Below are positions 28,624-39,001 of a stretch of 64,000 bases of DNA, in pieces (position 1 is the stretch's first letter; the number at the start of each line of letters is the position of its first letter). The notes beneath the pieces are model-generated. The model was not told the origin of the DNA and ran no database searches. It saw nothing but the letters and a program-made list of their open reading frames with translations. Source of the DNA: Chitinophagales bacterium 65-1 (lineage in GTDB: Bacteria > Bacteroidota > Bacteroidia > Chitinophagales > Chitinophagaceae); contig MWYX01000061.1 of the NCBI GenBank assembly GCA_002050465.1, forward strand, positions 459 through 64,458, written 5' to 3'. The position numbers were made by a program, and so were the translations under genes.

Positions 28624-30276
28624 ATGTGTATGGAATACAAATCACCCCTTTCAATGCTTTATCATTGGGAAAAACATACGCCAGATGAAGTTTACCTTAA
28701 ACAGCCTATTAATGATGTATGGCACAACTGGACTTGGAAACAAACAGCTGGAGAAGTAAGACAATTAGCTACAGCTCTTATAGCCATACAACTGCCGCCC
28801 AACAGCCATATAGCAATGATTTCCAAGAACTGTGCCCATTGGATTATTGCTGACCTCGCAATTATGATGGCTGGTCATGTATCTGTTCCTCTTTATCCAA
28901 ATTTACAGGCAACAACTATTCAGCAAATATTAGAACATAGCGAGGCAAAGTTGTTACTGGTGGGCAAACTCGACGACTGGGATTCTATGAAAGCAGGTGT
29001 GCCTGAAGGTTTAAAATGTATCTCGTTACCTTTTTGTAATCATGATGGATGTGTATCCTGGGTAAGTTTTACAAGTATTCATCAACCCTGTAAAGAAAAT
29101 TTAGATAGAAAGGAGACTGATACCTGCTCGATTGTTTATACATCAGGCACTACCGGGTTACCGAAAGGTGTTATGTTCACTTTCAAAAGCTTTAGTTTTT
29201 CAGCCCAGCATGCAACAGCGCATCTCAGCCTTAAAAATACGGAGCGATTTTTCTCTTATCTCCCGCTTTCACATATAGCCGAAAGAATGCTGGTTGAAAT
29301 GATAAGTTTGTACGCAGGCGCACAAGTTTATTTTGCAGAATCCTTACAAAAATTTCCAAAAAATTTAGCAGAAGCAAAGCCAACAGTTTTTTTGGGAGTG
29401 CATCGAATATGGACAAAATTTCAACAGGGTATTCTATCCAAAATGCCACAGAAAAAATTGGATGTTCTTCTGAAGATTCCCATATTATCCAGTATCATTA
29501 AAAAGAAAATCAAAAGTGGTCTTGGATTAAGCGAGGCTACTACAATTTTAACCGGTGCTGCTCCTACGCCTGCTTCTCTTATAAAATGGTATAAAAGCAT
29601 TGGTATAAAAATTCAGGAAGCCTATGCTATGACCGAGAACTGCTGTTATTCACATGTTACCTTAAATAAAAAAATTAAAATAGGTTTTGTTGGACAGCCG
29701 TTGCCACAATGTGAAGTTAAATTAGGAGAGAATAATGAAATTCAAATTAAACATGAAGCTCTGATGGCAGGATATTACAAAGATGCGGAGATGACAAGTT
29801 CCGCCTTTACAGATGAGGGATTTTTAAAAACCGGAGATGAAGGTTATATTGATGAGGAAAATTTTTTAAAAATAACAGGCCGGGTAAAGGATATATTTAA
29901 AACAGCTAAAGGAAAATATGTTGCGCCTTCACCTATCGAAATGAAATTCTCCATCAATCATGACCTGGAGCAGGTATGCGTGGTTGGTTCCGGACTACCA
30001 CAGCCTATTGCATTAATTACATTATCTGAAAAAGGTAGAAAAAGAAAGGCAGAAGAAATAAATGATGACATAAAAGAAACTCTTAACAATATTAACCCGA
30101 CACTGGATGGCCACGAAAAAATAGATAAAGTAGTAGTGCTGCAAGATGAATGGACGATAGAAAATAACCTGCTCACCCCTTCTTTTAAAATAAAGCGTAA
30201 TGAAATTGAAAAAAAGTATACGGAATTTTACGCATCGTGGTTAAACAGTAAAGGTGATGTTACATGGCAGAAGTAG
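28624..30276 (+). CDS. Long-chain fatty acid-CoA ligase (AMP-binding family)
   Basis: YTSGTTGLPKG, YLPLSHIAER, EAYAMTE, TGDEG, GRVKD, LTPSFKIKR. Confidence 0.92.
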   Translation: MCMEYKSPLSMLYHWEKHTPDEVYLKQPINDVWHNWTWKQTAGEVRQLATALIAIQLPPNSHIAMISKNCAHWIIADLAIMMAGHVSVPLYPNLQATTIQQILEHSEAKLLLVGKLDDWDSMKAGVPEGLKCISLPFCNHDGCVSWVSFTSIHQPCKENLDRKETDTCSIVYTSGTTGLPKGVMFTFKSFSFSAQHATAHLSLKNTERFFSYLPLSHIAERMLVEMISLYAGAQVYFAESLQKFPKNLAEAKPTVFLGVHRIWTKFQQGILSKMPQKKLDVLLKIPILSSIIKKKIKSGLGLSEATTILTGAAPTPASLIKWYKSIGIKIQEAYAMTENCCYSHVTLNKKIKIGFVGQPLPQCEVKLGENNEIQIKHEALMAGYYKDAEMTSSAFTDEGFLKTGDEGYIDEENFLKITGRVKDIFKTAKGKYVAPSPIEMKFSINHDLEQVCVVGSGLPQPIALITLSEKGRKRKAEEINDDIKETLNNINPTLDGHEKIDKVVVLQDEWTIENNLLTPSFKIKRNEIEKKYTEFYASWLNSKGDVTWQK

Positions 30277-30315
30277 TATAAACTATGATTAAACAATTTT
30301 AATAAAACAAAGTTT

Positions 30316-30606
30316 ATGAAAAACAGTGTCTGGAATACAAGGAAAATCATTCTTGCTGTAAGTATTATTTTGCCTTTTACCTTCTTTCCATTTATATTAT
30401 TAGATTATCTGGGTATAGAAACTTATCTGATCGGTAAAATTCGGGGAGTCTTTATGTTTACCTATCTTATTCAAATTTTATTACCTATAGTTATTTTAAT
30501 ATTGTATATAAGGAGTAATGAAAATCGCAAGCAATTACTTTATGCAGCAATTATATCAATTGTCACAATTATAATGCTTTTTATAACAGTTATATCTAAC
30601 CTATGA
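30316..30606 (+). CDS. Small hypothetical membrane protein (about 3 TM segments)
   Basis: 96 aa, three hydrophobic stretches; ATGA overlap with the next gene. Confidence 0.65.
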   Translation: MKNSVWNTRKIILAVSIILPFTFFPFILLDYLGIETYLIGKIRGVFMFTYLIQILLPIVILILYIRSNENRKQLLYAAIISIVTIIMLFITVISNL

Positions 30607-31124
30607 TTATTAAACCTGCAACAGATTTAAATGAGTTTTTGCAGATCCATGATCTTAATTATAAAACTTTTGTTGAGGAAATTCCTCAGAACCAGCCTAA
30701 TCGTGAAAAAATACTGATAGATAAATTTCATATGAAAAATCATTACATAATTGCAAAAAGAGATGATAAAGTAATAGGCATGGTCTGCTACAACTGGAAA
30801 CGTCCATTTTCCTTAGATGAAAAAATAAATGATTTAGATCGACATCTCCCAAAACACTCAAAGCTGGCAGAGATCAGGTTACTTTCAATTTGTAATGATG
30901 AACGTAAAACCATGGTTGCTTACCGGCTATTTCAATATTTAAGTACTTTGCTAATACAACAAGGAACCGATGCAGCAGTTATTTCAGGAACTACCAGGCA
31001 AATCAGATTATATACCCGTATGGGATTTATTCCTTTCGGTAGTTTAGTAGGTTCCGGGGAGGCTCTTTATCAGCCAATGTATATCACTTTAAAAGATCTG
31101 CGATATGATTTCAAAAATAGTTAA
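30603..31124 (+). CDS. GNAT-fold acyltransferase, LuxI/FeeM (N-acyl amino acid synthase)-like
   Basis: LNYKTFVEE...IDKFH...VIGMV...AEIRLL...LYTRMGF pattern. Confidence 0.75.
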   Translation: MIIKPATDLNEFLQIHDLNYKTFVEEIPQNQPNREKILIDKFHMKNHYIIAKRDDKVIGMVCYNWKRPFSLDEKINDLDRHLPKHSKLAEIRLLSICNDERKTMVAYRLFQYLSTLLIQQGTDAAVISGTTRQIRLYTRMGFIPFGSLVGSGEALYQPMYITLKDLRYDFKNS

Positions 31125-32133
31125 CTTAAGTACTGGCCCCGTAGCTATATCATCCCAAGTGATGAAAGCTTTACAAAACGCTCCTATTTCTCACAGATCG
31201 CAAGAGTTCAAACAGTTGTATTGTAAAACTACAGATCTTCTAAGCAAATCATTTCATGTGCAGAAAACTTTTCTTCTTTCAGGAAGTGGAACCCTTGCTA
31301 ATGAGTCTATGCTTCAAGATATTAAATGCATAGATGGGGATGGATTGATTATTTCTAATGGGGAATTTGGAAACAGGCTAATTAATCAGGCACGGGCTAT
31401 TCGATTAAAATTTATATTCCATCAACTGGATTGGGGTATGTTGTTTAATTTTCAGGAAATTGAACAGATAATAATTCACAAATCAATTAAATGGATATTA
31501 TTCTGTCATTGCGAAACATCTACAGGTGTTGTAAATGACTTGAATGAGTTAACCATATTAGCTAAAAGGAACGATTGCCTTTGTTTTGTTGACTGCATGA
31601 GTACGGTTGGTACAATGCCGCTAAATCTATCTAAGGTAACTATGGCTACAGCCTCTTCAGGAAAGGGGCTGGCCTCAATTCCGGGACTGGCGGTTGTTTT
31701 CTCAAATATAAAGCCTTCGTTAAAGAAAAGCACTCCGGTTTATTTAGACCTAAGCCACTATTCAATAAAATCCGGGATACCGTTCACTATTTCTTCTAAC
31801 CTTTTACAAGCATTGCACACTTCCATTTGCCAAAAGCTTCAGGAAGAGCAGTTTGAATTGATAAATGAATACGGAAAACAATTTTTTAAAATATTAAATA
31901 GCTATGATTCCGTTCCTTTCAGTAATAGCAGTACAAAAGTATTTACTATAGTAGAATCGGTAAAGAGAGAACCAAATTTAGTTTCTTATTTAAGAGGCAA
32001 ACAGTTATTGTTAAGTGAGGAAAGTGATTATTTGAAGAAAAGGCGTTGGTGTCAGTTAGCTACTTTTGGATATTATAGAGAAACTCAATTAAAATATGTG
32101 TTGAAGACTTTAAAGCATTCTTTCCTTTCATAA
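31105..32133 (+). CDS. Class V PLP-dependent aminotransferase (PhnW/AGT-like fold)
   Basis: STGPV, SHRS, SGSGT, NGEFGNR, HCETSTG, DCMS, SSGKGL (PLP lysine). Confidence 0.88.
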   Translation: MISKIVNLSTGPVAISSQVMKALQNAPISHRSQEFKQLYCKTTDLLSKSFHVQKTFLLSGSGTLANESMLQDIKCIDGDGLIISNGEFGNRLINQARAIRLKFIFHQLDWGMLFNFQEIEQIIIHKSIKWILFCHCETSTGVVNDLNELTILAKRNDCLCFVDCMSTVGTMPLNLSKVTMATASSGKGLASIPGLAVVFSNIKPSLKKSTPVYLDLSHYSIKSGIPFTISSNLLQALHTSICQKLQEEQFELINEYGKQFFKILNSYDSVPFSNSSTKVFTIVESVKREPNLVSYLRGKQLLLSEESDYLKKRRWCQLATFGYYRETQLKYVLKTLKHSFLS

Positions 32134-32165
32134 TTTATTTACCGGAAGGTACAACTGCAATTATT

Positions 32166-33944
32166 TTATTTTGAGAATATCTCCTCAGCATTCTCCTGCT
32201 GTGCAAACTGCATTTTATGTAGCTGGTAATAGGATCCCTGTTTTTCTAAAAGCTCGTTGTGGGTTCCCATTTCTTTTATCTCTCCTTTATCCAAAACCAG
32301 AATCTTATTTGCTTTTCTTATGGTAGAAAGACGATGGGCAATAACAATTGAGGTTCTCCCATAAATAAGTTTATCTATCGCCTGCTGAATTAATATCTCG
32401 CTTTCTGTATCTATTGAAGATGTTGCTTCATCGAGAATTAGAATAGAAGGGTTGTATAATAGTGCTCTGATAAACGATAATAATTGCCTTTGCCCGAGAG
32501 ATAGCGTTGCGCCTCTTTCCATAACATTGTAATCATAGTTGCCCGGCAGCTGCATAATAAAATTATGAACACCGATTAACTTTGCAGCTTGTATTACTTC
32601 TTCCTTTTTTATGTTTGTGTTCCGGAGCGTTACGTTATCATAAATCGATCCGCTGAATAAAAAAACATCCTGCAACACAACGGCTATATTACTCCTCAGG
32701 TAATCTAAATTATACTGGCTGATATCAGTATCATCAATTTTAATTTTACCTTTTTGAATATGATATAAACGGTTAAGCAAACTGATGATGGAGGTTTTCC
32801 CGCTGCCCGTATGCCCAACAATGGCAAGCGTTTCTCCCGCTCGTATACTAAATGAAATATCTTTTAAAACGTACTGCTCATCATTGTATGCAAACCATAC
32901 TTTTTCAAATTCAACTTTGCCCTTTAATTTTTCAGAAGAGGTTATTTCTTTCTCTGTTGTGGGTACAAAATCTTCATTCTCCAACACTTTAAACACCCGC
33001 TCACTTGCCACCATTCCCATTTGCAGCACATTAAATTTATCTGCGATTACACGCAATGGCCTGAACAATAAATTCAGGTACATTATAAATGAGATAATAA
33101 CTCCTGCATTAAAAGAATTATTAGCTCCCCACCAAACTAAAAGCCCGGTAGAAAATGCCAGCACAATTTCTACCACAGGAAAAAAAACTGAATAAGCCAG
33201 GATAGCCCTGATGTTTGCATTGCGATGCTCCATGTTGATCTTTTTAAATTTTTCAAACTCTTTATCTTCTACAGCAAAAGCCTGTACCACCGCCATCCCC
33301 GTAATATGTTCCTGAACAAATGCATTAAGATTGGCCACTGCATTACGTACGGCAATAAAAGATTTATTCACGCTCTCTTTAAAAAAATAAGTAGCTATTA
33401 TTAATATGGGGAATGGAGCAAGGCTTATTAATGCAAGCCTCCAATCAACATAGAACATAAAACACAAAATTGAAACTATAGAAAGTATATCTGCAATGAT
33501 CGGGATAAGTCCATCAGAAAAAATATCGTTTATGGATTCAACATCATTTACTGTTCGTGTGGTTAATGTACCAATCGGCGTTTTATCAAACTGGGAAAGA
33601 TTTAAGCCCAGTACTTTTTTATAGACAGTAACCCTTAGATCTTTAATAACTGACTGGCCAAGCCATGCAGTGATGTAGGTGAAATAAAAACGAAGACCTG
33701 TTTCAAATAAAAGCATTCCTATCTGGATCACAGTTATAAGTATGAGCCAGTAAGTATCCTTATCCTTAATAAAATTATTTACTGTGTATTGAATAAGAAA
33801 GGGCCTGAGTGGTGATATTACAGCTAAAATAACAGAGAGGAAAATGGAAGTATATAATATCCTTTTGTAGGGTATGGCAAATTTAAATACTTTTTTAAGC
33901 AGCCTGATATCGAATACTTTCTTCCCCTTTTTTTTTGATGGCAT
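32166..33944 (-). CDS. ABC transporter ATP-binding/permease (MdlB/MsbA-like)
   Basis: TM domain, GHTGSGKT, LSLGQRQ, ILDEATS. Confidence 0.95.
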   Translation of the reverse strand: MPSKKKGKKVFDIRLLKKVFKFAIPYKRILYTSIFLSVILAVISPLRPFLIQYTVNNFIKDKDTYWLILITVIQIGMLLFETGLRFYFTYITAWLGQSVIKDLRVTVYKKVLGLNLSQFDKTPIGTLTTRTVNDVESINDIFSDGLIPIIADILSIVSILCFMFYVDWRLALISLAPFPILIIATYFFKESVNKSFIAVRNAVANLNAFVQEHITGMAVVQAFAVEDKEFEKFKKINMEHRNANIRAILAYSVFFPVVEIVLAFSTGLLVWWGANNSFNAGVIISFIMYLNLLFRPLRVIADKFNVLQMGMVASERVFKVLENEDFVPTTEKEITSSEKLKGKVEFEKVWFAYNDEQYVLKDISFSIRAGETLAIVGHTGSGKTSIISLLNRLYHIQKGKIKIDDTDISQYNLDYLRSNIAVVLQDVFLFSGSIYDNVTLRNTNIKKEEVIQAAKLIGVHNFIMQLPGNYDYNVMERGATLSLGQRQLLSFIRALLYNPSILILDEATSSIDTESEILIQQAIDKLIYGRTSIVIAHRLSTIRKANKILVLDKGEIKEMGTHNELLEKQGSYYQLHKMQFAQQENAEEIFSK

Positions 33945-34064
33945 TAAGCAAATTTAGGCGGAAAGATGAAAACCATCGTTACCGTGAGAGTGAAACGTGA
34001 AAAAATATAAACGCAAAATGTAACGTATGTCTTTCCCGGTTGCTGCCGTTTGATGTTTTACGAT

Positions 34065-36278
34065 TTATGTGCCTCCTGCTTTTGAATAAGCCTTGATAAA
34101 TAATGCACCAAGATTTTTATGAGGGGGGATGTAATCATCAAAAAGATCTTTTTTATCTCTTCCGGCTTTTGATAATATAACTTCCAAGTTATTCCACATC
34201 TGGCGCCAGTCAATATTTTTGCCGGCACGTAACGTATTATTGATAGCCTCAATAATCGGTTTATTTACATCCCTTGCACCTGTTTGTTTTGTAGAAATTA
34301 TATGTGCTTCCGGGGCATAATCCAATATTTGTTTTAAGTTATTATAACCACCGCATGAGCCCAGCATAATTATTTTTGCAGAAAATGGTAATTGTTTGAT
34401 GGTGTATTTTAAGTGATAGCTATGACCCCGGTGAACCACAAAGGTAGGCCTGAGATTATTTACATCAAGATAATCTATGAGTGCTGATTGTGCCTGGGCA
34501 TCTTTATCAGTCTCATTGTCCAATGGGCGGTTCGCAAATATCCATACGGGTTTGCCTTTTAATGATTTTATCTCTACCCATTGTTCTTTTACTGTACGTT
34601 TCCACTCTGTAGAAGGAAAAGAGGATAAAAAGCTTGTATAAGACCCTTTACCATCTTCGTCTCCATAAAAAAATACCTGCTCAATAATTCTCCCTGTATC
34701 ATCTGCCAGTGTACTATTTTCAACTGTATATATAGGCGGGATGCCAATTTCTTTTGATAGGTCTATATGGTTTGTAGAATCGCCGGAAAGAAAGATTGTT
34801 TTTAAAAGATTATATATTTTTATACCCCGCGCATTTCCATTTTTTATGCACCGCTGTTCATTATCTGACACATATTTAAGCATAGACCTAAGCAGTACAG
34901 GGTTACGGATACTGCCATAAGAATCTGCAACATCTACCGCATCTTCAAAATCATCTTCTGATGATGAACTTTCTAAATTGGCAACAAATCCTTTCATTAA
35001 TGTTTCTGAGTTATTTTTCATAGTTCTTAAAAATGTATCCAGCCTGTTATAGCCTGCTGCCATTTTTATGAACTTTTTAAAATGATCAAAATTCACTGAC
35101 ATAAGCAATGAATCTCCGTGGGGCCTTTTACCCATTCGATTAAGCATATAATCAAATGCATGCTTATAGCTTGATGTATAAATGTCGTTTTCACTTAATA
35201 CCAGCATATAATAAAGATCCCTGGGATCAAGCGGCGCAATTGCTTTAAATCTTATTGCCGGATTACTAACATCATGCAGGTTATTAATTGGTGTAACAAA
35301 ATGAAGTATAGCCCTGTTTTTAAGCATATCCGTTAACCCGTTTACACCAAGCATTGCTACAGGTGTATCCTTATTAACCAACCGGCTATAATAATCAATT
35401 TGAGTTTTTACTAATAATTTATAATATCCTACACTATCATATTTTGTACTATCAGTTCCAACGAATTTGGATATACTTTCTATTGTTTGCTTTCCACTGA
35501 TAAGGTCATCTAAAAAAGGAAAATAAAATAAAGCATCTTTCCTGCTACTTAGCTGAACAATTGTTTTAATTCGGTTATCCGGGTTTCTTTTTATCAACTT
35601 CCCTTGGGGACTGCTTATTGCCTGTGCATAGTTATATATTTGAACGGGGCTTCTGCGATAGGCGGTCATTACAAGTTCATCAGCAAATGGCTCATCTACA
35701 TAAGGGCCAATACTTGATAAAATTTTATCCGGATGGAGTTCGATATACTTTAAAAATAATATTTTTCTTGTTTCTTTATATCCGGGATTTTCTTTAAAAA
35801 TTTCCGAGTTAATAACACCAACATTGTAATGAGCCTGACTAATATAAGATGCCATATTTTCTCCCATGAGATTGGCCTTTAAAATATCGGTGAAATTGCT
35901 TACCAATTGAGGCGTAAGTGTAGGTGCAAGCTTGTGGGATTTAACGTTTGTTGTAAAACTTTTTACGAGATTTTCTATATATCTTAAATATCTTTTTTTC
36001 TCGTTATCAGTATCAAGTACCTGGTTAAGCTCTACATCATTTCTTAATTTATTTACTTTTCTTATAATTGCATCTGTAACCTGCATATTTACTTCCTCTA
36101 AAGCAGATACTTTTATAATGCCATCTATTTTGCCATCTATTTTATCGGCTTTTTGTTGTTCAGCTTTTATTTTATCATGAAATAGCTGCCTTTTTAAAGG
36201 AACATTTGTTGTATCCCCATAGGCGAAGGTGAAAATGGGGATCAGTAAGGTTATAAGTGAGTAAAAAAAATTCTTCAT
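34065..36278 (-). CDS. Large secreted hypothetical protein with possible clan-CD peptidase C-terminal domain
   Basis: Signal peptide from MKNFFY; FVVHRGHS and IIMLGSCGG motifs. Confidence 0.75.
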   Translation of the reverse strand: MKNFFYSLITLLIPIFTFAYGDTTNVPLKRQLFHDKIKAEQQKADKIDGKIDGIIKVSALEEVNMQVTDAIIRKVNKLRNDVELNQVLDTDNEKKRYLRYIENLVKSFTTNVKSHKLAPTLTPQLVSNFTDILKANLMGENMASYISQAHYNVGVINSEIFKENPGYKETRKILFLKYIELHPDKILSSIGPYVDEPFADELVMTAYRRSPVQIYNYAQAISSPQGKLIKRNPDNRIKTIVQLSSRKDALFYFPFLDDLISGKQTIESISKFVGTDSTKYDSVGYYKLLVKTQIDYYSRLVNKDTPVAMLGVNGLTDMLKNRAILHFVTPINNLHDVSNPAIRFKAIAPLDPRDLYYMLVLSENDIYTSSYKHAFDYMLNRMGKRPHGDSLLMSVNFDHFKKFIKMAAGYNRLDTFLRTMKNNSETLMKGFVANLESSSSEDDFEDAVDVADSYGSIRNPVLLRSMLKYVSDNEQRCIKNGNARGIKIYNLLKTIFLSGDSTNHIDLSKEIGIPPIYTVENSTLADDTGRIIEQVFFYGDEDGKGSYTSFLSSFPSTEWKRTVKEQWVEIKSLKGKPVWIFANRPLDNETDKDAQAQSALIDYLDVNNLRPTFVVHRGHSYHLKYTIKQLPFSAKIIMLGSCGGYNNLKQILDYAPEAHIISTKQTGARDVNKPIIEAINNTLRAGKNIDWRQMWNNLEVILSKAGRDKKDLFDDYIPPHKNLGALFIKAYSKAGGT

Positions 36279-36445
36279 AATATATTGCTCTAATGCAAAA
36301 ATAGTTCCCATTGAGGGGTCCGTAAGCAGCCAACCTTCAATTAAGATAGCAAATACTTACTGTATAGCTGCATGTTATAATGTATTAACCTTTTTTTATG
36401 AAGGCAAACATTTTACAACGCTACTATCAGATGATAATCCGTTTT

Positions 36446-36898
36446 TTAAGAGCATGCGATTTTCCGTTTGCGCCCTTCATGCCTGCCGCCCTCAAACTCC
36501 GTATGCATAAATATATCAAGCATTTTTTCTACATCGCCTTCTCTTACAAATCGGGAAGGAAGACATATTATATTTGCATCATTATGTTTTCTGGCTAGTT
36601 CAGCAAGTTCTTCGCCCCAGCAAATAGCTGCTCTTATATGTTGATGTTTATTAGCGGTAATAGCTACACCATTGGCACTACCACAAAGTAATATACCAAA
36701 AGCGGTTTCATTGTTTTCAACAGAAGTTGCTACAGGATGGGCAAAGTCAGGATAATCTACAGAATCAATAGAATAGGTACCAAAATCCTTATATTCCAAT
36801 CCCTTGCCTTCCAAAAAAGAAATAATGTCTTCCTTGTATTCAAATCCTGCATGATCGCATCCAATTGCAATTGGCTTTGATAAATTAAATGGTGACAT
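36446..36898 (-). CDS. rpiB: Ribose-5-phosphate isomerase B
   Basis: IGCDHAG, SVDYPD, CGSANG, HNDAN, FEGGRH. Confidence 0.95.
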   Translation of the reverse strand: MSPFNLSKPIAIGCDHAGFEYKEDIISFLEGKGLEYKDFGTYSIDSVDYPDFAHPVATSVENNETAFGILLCGSANGVAITANKHQHIRAAICWGEELAELARKHNDANIICLPSRFVREGDVEKMLDIFMHTEFEGGRHEGRKRKIACS

Positions 36899-36958
36899 AA
36901 CTGACAAATTTTATATACCTAAAGTTAGATATAAAAAACAGGATTGGATAGTTAAAGA

Positions 36959-37540
36959 TTAATGCAAATCTTTTTTAAAAATTTCAATGGGCGATACAGA
37001 AGATGAAAATATTTTATCCAGATTACCCTTTTCATCAATAAGGTATTTATAAAAATTCCAGGAAGGTTCCCTGTTATTCCAGCCATTTTTAGTTGCATCT
37101 GTTAGCCATCGATATACAGGTTGTTTATTATTTCCTGTAACATGATCTTTATGAAATAACGGAAAGGTTACACCAAAATTTATTTTACAAAAGTCTTCAA
37201 TTTCTTCATCGGTACCTGGCTCCTGCCCGCCAAAATCATTTGAAGGAAAACCAAGTATAGTAATTTCATCTTTATCCTGCCTGTAAAGCTGTTCCAATTC
37301 TTTGTATTGTGGTGTAAACCCACATTGACTGGCAAGGTTAACAAGTAAAATTTTTTTGCCCCGGAATTCTTCAAAGTTTACTACTTCGCCACTATTAGAT
37401 GTTGCGACAAAACTGTAAAAGCTTTCCGGGGAATCTATTTTCATTTTATTTGTAGTTATACCAATGCCTAATCCCGTTTGCTTTGAAATTTTCATCCGAA
37501 GCCTGTAGAATTTTGTGGCTATTGATCTTAAAATACTCAT
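36959..37540 (-). CDS. Glutathione peroxidase (Cys-type)
   Basis: VNLASQCGFTPQY, GFPSNDFGGQEP, WNFYKYL. Confidence 0.93.
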   Translation of the reverse strand: MSILRSIATKFYRLRMKISKQTGLGIGITTNKMKIDSPESFYSFVATSNSGEVVNFEEFRGKKILLVNLASQCGFTPQYKELEQLYRQDKDEITILGFPSNDFGGQEPGTDEEIEDFCKINFGVTFPLFHKDHVTGNNKQPVYRWLTDATKNGWNNREPSWNFYKYLIDEKGNLDKIFSSSVSPIEIFKKDLH

Positions 37541-37552
37541 AATACCACAATT

Positions 37553-37744
37553 CTACATGTTTCTTCCGGTTCTTTTAGTTGTTTTATCTTCTTCAGGCCG
37601 AAGAATATCCGAAGTAGGTCTACCTTTATTATCTGTTTCTTTACTTCCACCTAATGCCAGCTTCCGCCCCTGATTAGAGGTTCTCGATGTATCTACAGTT
37701 TGCTTCTTTTTATTATTCCCTGATTTTTTATTTAAAGTTGCCAT
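37553..37744 (-). CDS. Small basic hydrophilic hypothetical protein
   Basis: 63-aa ORF filling the gap co-directionally with the peroxidase gene. Confidence 0.5.
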   Translation of the reverse strand: MATLNKKSGNNKKKQTVDTSRTSNQGRKLALGGSKETDNKGRPTSDILRPEEDKTTKRTGRNM

Positions 37745-37823
37745 ATAGTAAATTTTAGCTCTTAAAACCATTTCAAATTTCCTGCCGCATTACCCCTAAA
37801 TTTGTTCTAAACCGCAGCAAAAC

Positions 37824-38273
37824 ATGCCGGAAAGCGACGAATTTTATATGAGGCATGCATTAAAAGAAGCCCATAAAGCTTATTTGGATGGCGAAGTGCC
37901 TATTGGTGCCCTTGTTGTTATGCAGGATAAGATTATTGCCCGTACACATAACCAGGTAGAAAGATTAAGCGATTCTACAGCCCATGCCGAAATTATTGCG
38001 CTTACTTCTGCTTATAATTTTTTAGGAGCTAAATATTTACCCGAAGCAACTTTATATGTTACCATTGAGCCCTGCCTTATGTGTGCAGGGGCTATGTATT
38101 GGGGGAAAATCAGTAGAATTGTTTATGCGGCCGATGACGAAAAAAATGGCTATAGAAAATATCTGAACCCAGGATTTAAAAATCCTTTCCATCCAAAAAC
38201 TGAAATTGTAAGCGGTATTTGCAAAGATGAATGCGCAGCATTAATAAAACAATTTTTTAAAGCAAGAAGATGA
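37824..38273 (+). CDS. tadA: tRNA adenosine deaminase TadA-like nucleoside deaminase
   Basis: EVPIGA, HAEI, TIEPCLMCAGA. Confidence 0.9.
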   Translation: MPESDEFYMRHALKEAHKAYLDGEVPIGALVVMQDKIIARTHNQVERLSDSTAHAEIIALTSAYNFLGAKYLPEATLYVTIEPCLMCAGAMYWGKISRIVYAADDEKNGYRKYLNPGFKNPFHPKTEIVSGICKDECAALIKQFFKARR

Positions 38274-38305
38274 CCTCACCCTTACCATTTCCTTTGGAGA
38301 GGGGA
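38273..38305. repeat. Degenerate REP-like copy after tadA
   Basis: acctcacccttaccatttcctttggagagggga resembles the copy at 39874-39907. Confidence 0.6.
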
Positions 38306-38401
38306 TTGTCGTGATAAGGAAATAATTTATTACCTTAATCTTTTACAATATTATACAGGTAAATTTGCAGTCAATCATTTTATAACATTAAAACATATTT
38401 T

Positions 38402-39001
38402 ATGGCATTTACAGTACCGGCTCTGCCTTACGCTTACGAAGCATTAGAGCCACACATCGATAAACAAACAATGCAGATCCATCATGATAAGCATCACCAG
38501 GCTTACGTTGATAATTTAAATAAAGCAATTGCAGGAACAGAAAACGAAAATAAAAGTATTGAAGAATTAATGAAGAATGCCGGAAGTATCAGTCCTGCTG
38601 TTAGAAATAATGGCGGCGGACACTGGAATCATACTTTCTTCTGGGAAAGCCTTGCACCCGGTGCAGGTGGAAATCCGGAAGGAAGGTTAGCGGATGCGAT
38701 CAATGAATCATTCGGCTCATTCGAGGGGTTTAAAGAAAAATTTAATGCAGCAGGAATAACACGTTTTGGAAGCGGATGGGCATGGCTTGGTTCACAAAAT
38801 GGTAAACTGGTAATTTGCTCAACACCAAACCAGGATAATCCTTTAATGGACGTAGGTGAATGTAAATGCACACCAATACTTGGTTGCGATGTTTGGGAAC
38901 ATGCCTATTATCTAAAATATCAAAATAAGCGTGCAGATTATTTAAACGCTTTCTGGAATGTGGTGAATTGGAAAAAGGTGGCTGAGAGATTTAAACCCTA
39001 A
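38402..39001 (+). CDS. sodA: Superoxide dismutase, Mn-type signature
   Basis: [26 protein letters not shown]. Confidence 0.95.
   Translation: MAFTVPALPYAYEALEPHIDKQTMQIHHDKHHQAYVDNLNKAIAGTENENKSIEELMKNAGSISPAVRNNGGGHWNHTFFWESLAPGAGGNPEGRLADAINESFGSFEGFKEKFNAAGITRFGSGWAWLGSQNGKLVICSTPNQDNPLMDVGECKCTPILGCDVWEHAYYLKYQNKRADYLNAFWNVVNWKKVAERFKP

Noticed and set aside
36959-37540. Selenocysteine in the glutathione peroxidase
   Set aside because: The active-site codon is TGT (Cys); there is no in-frame TGA.
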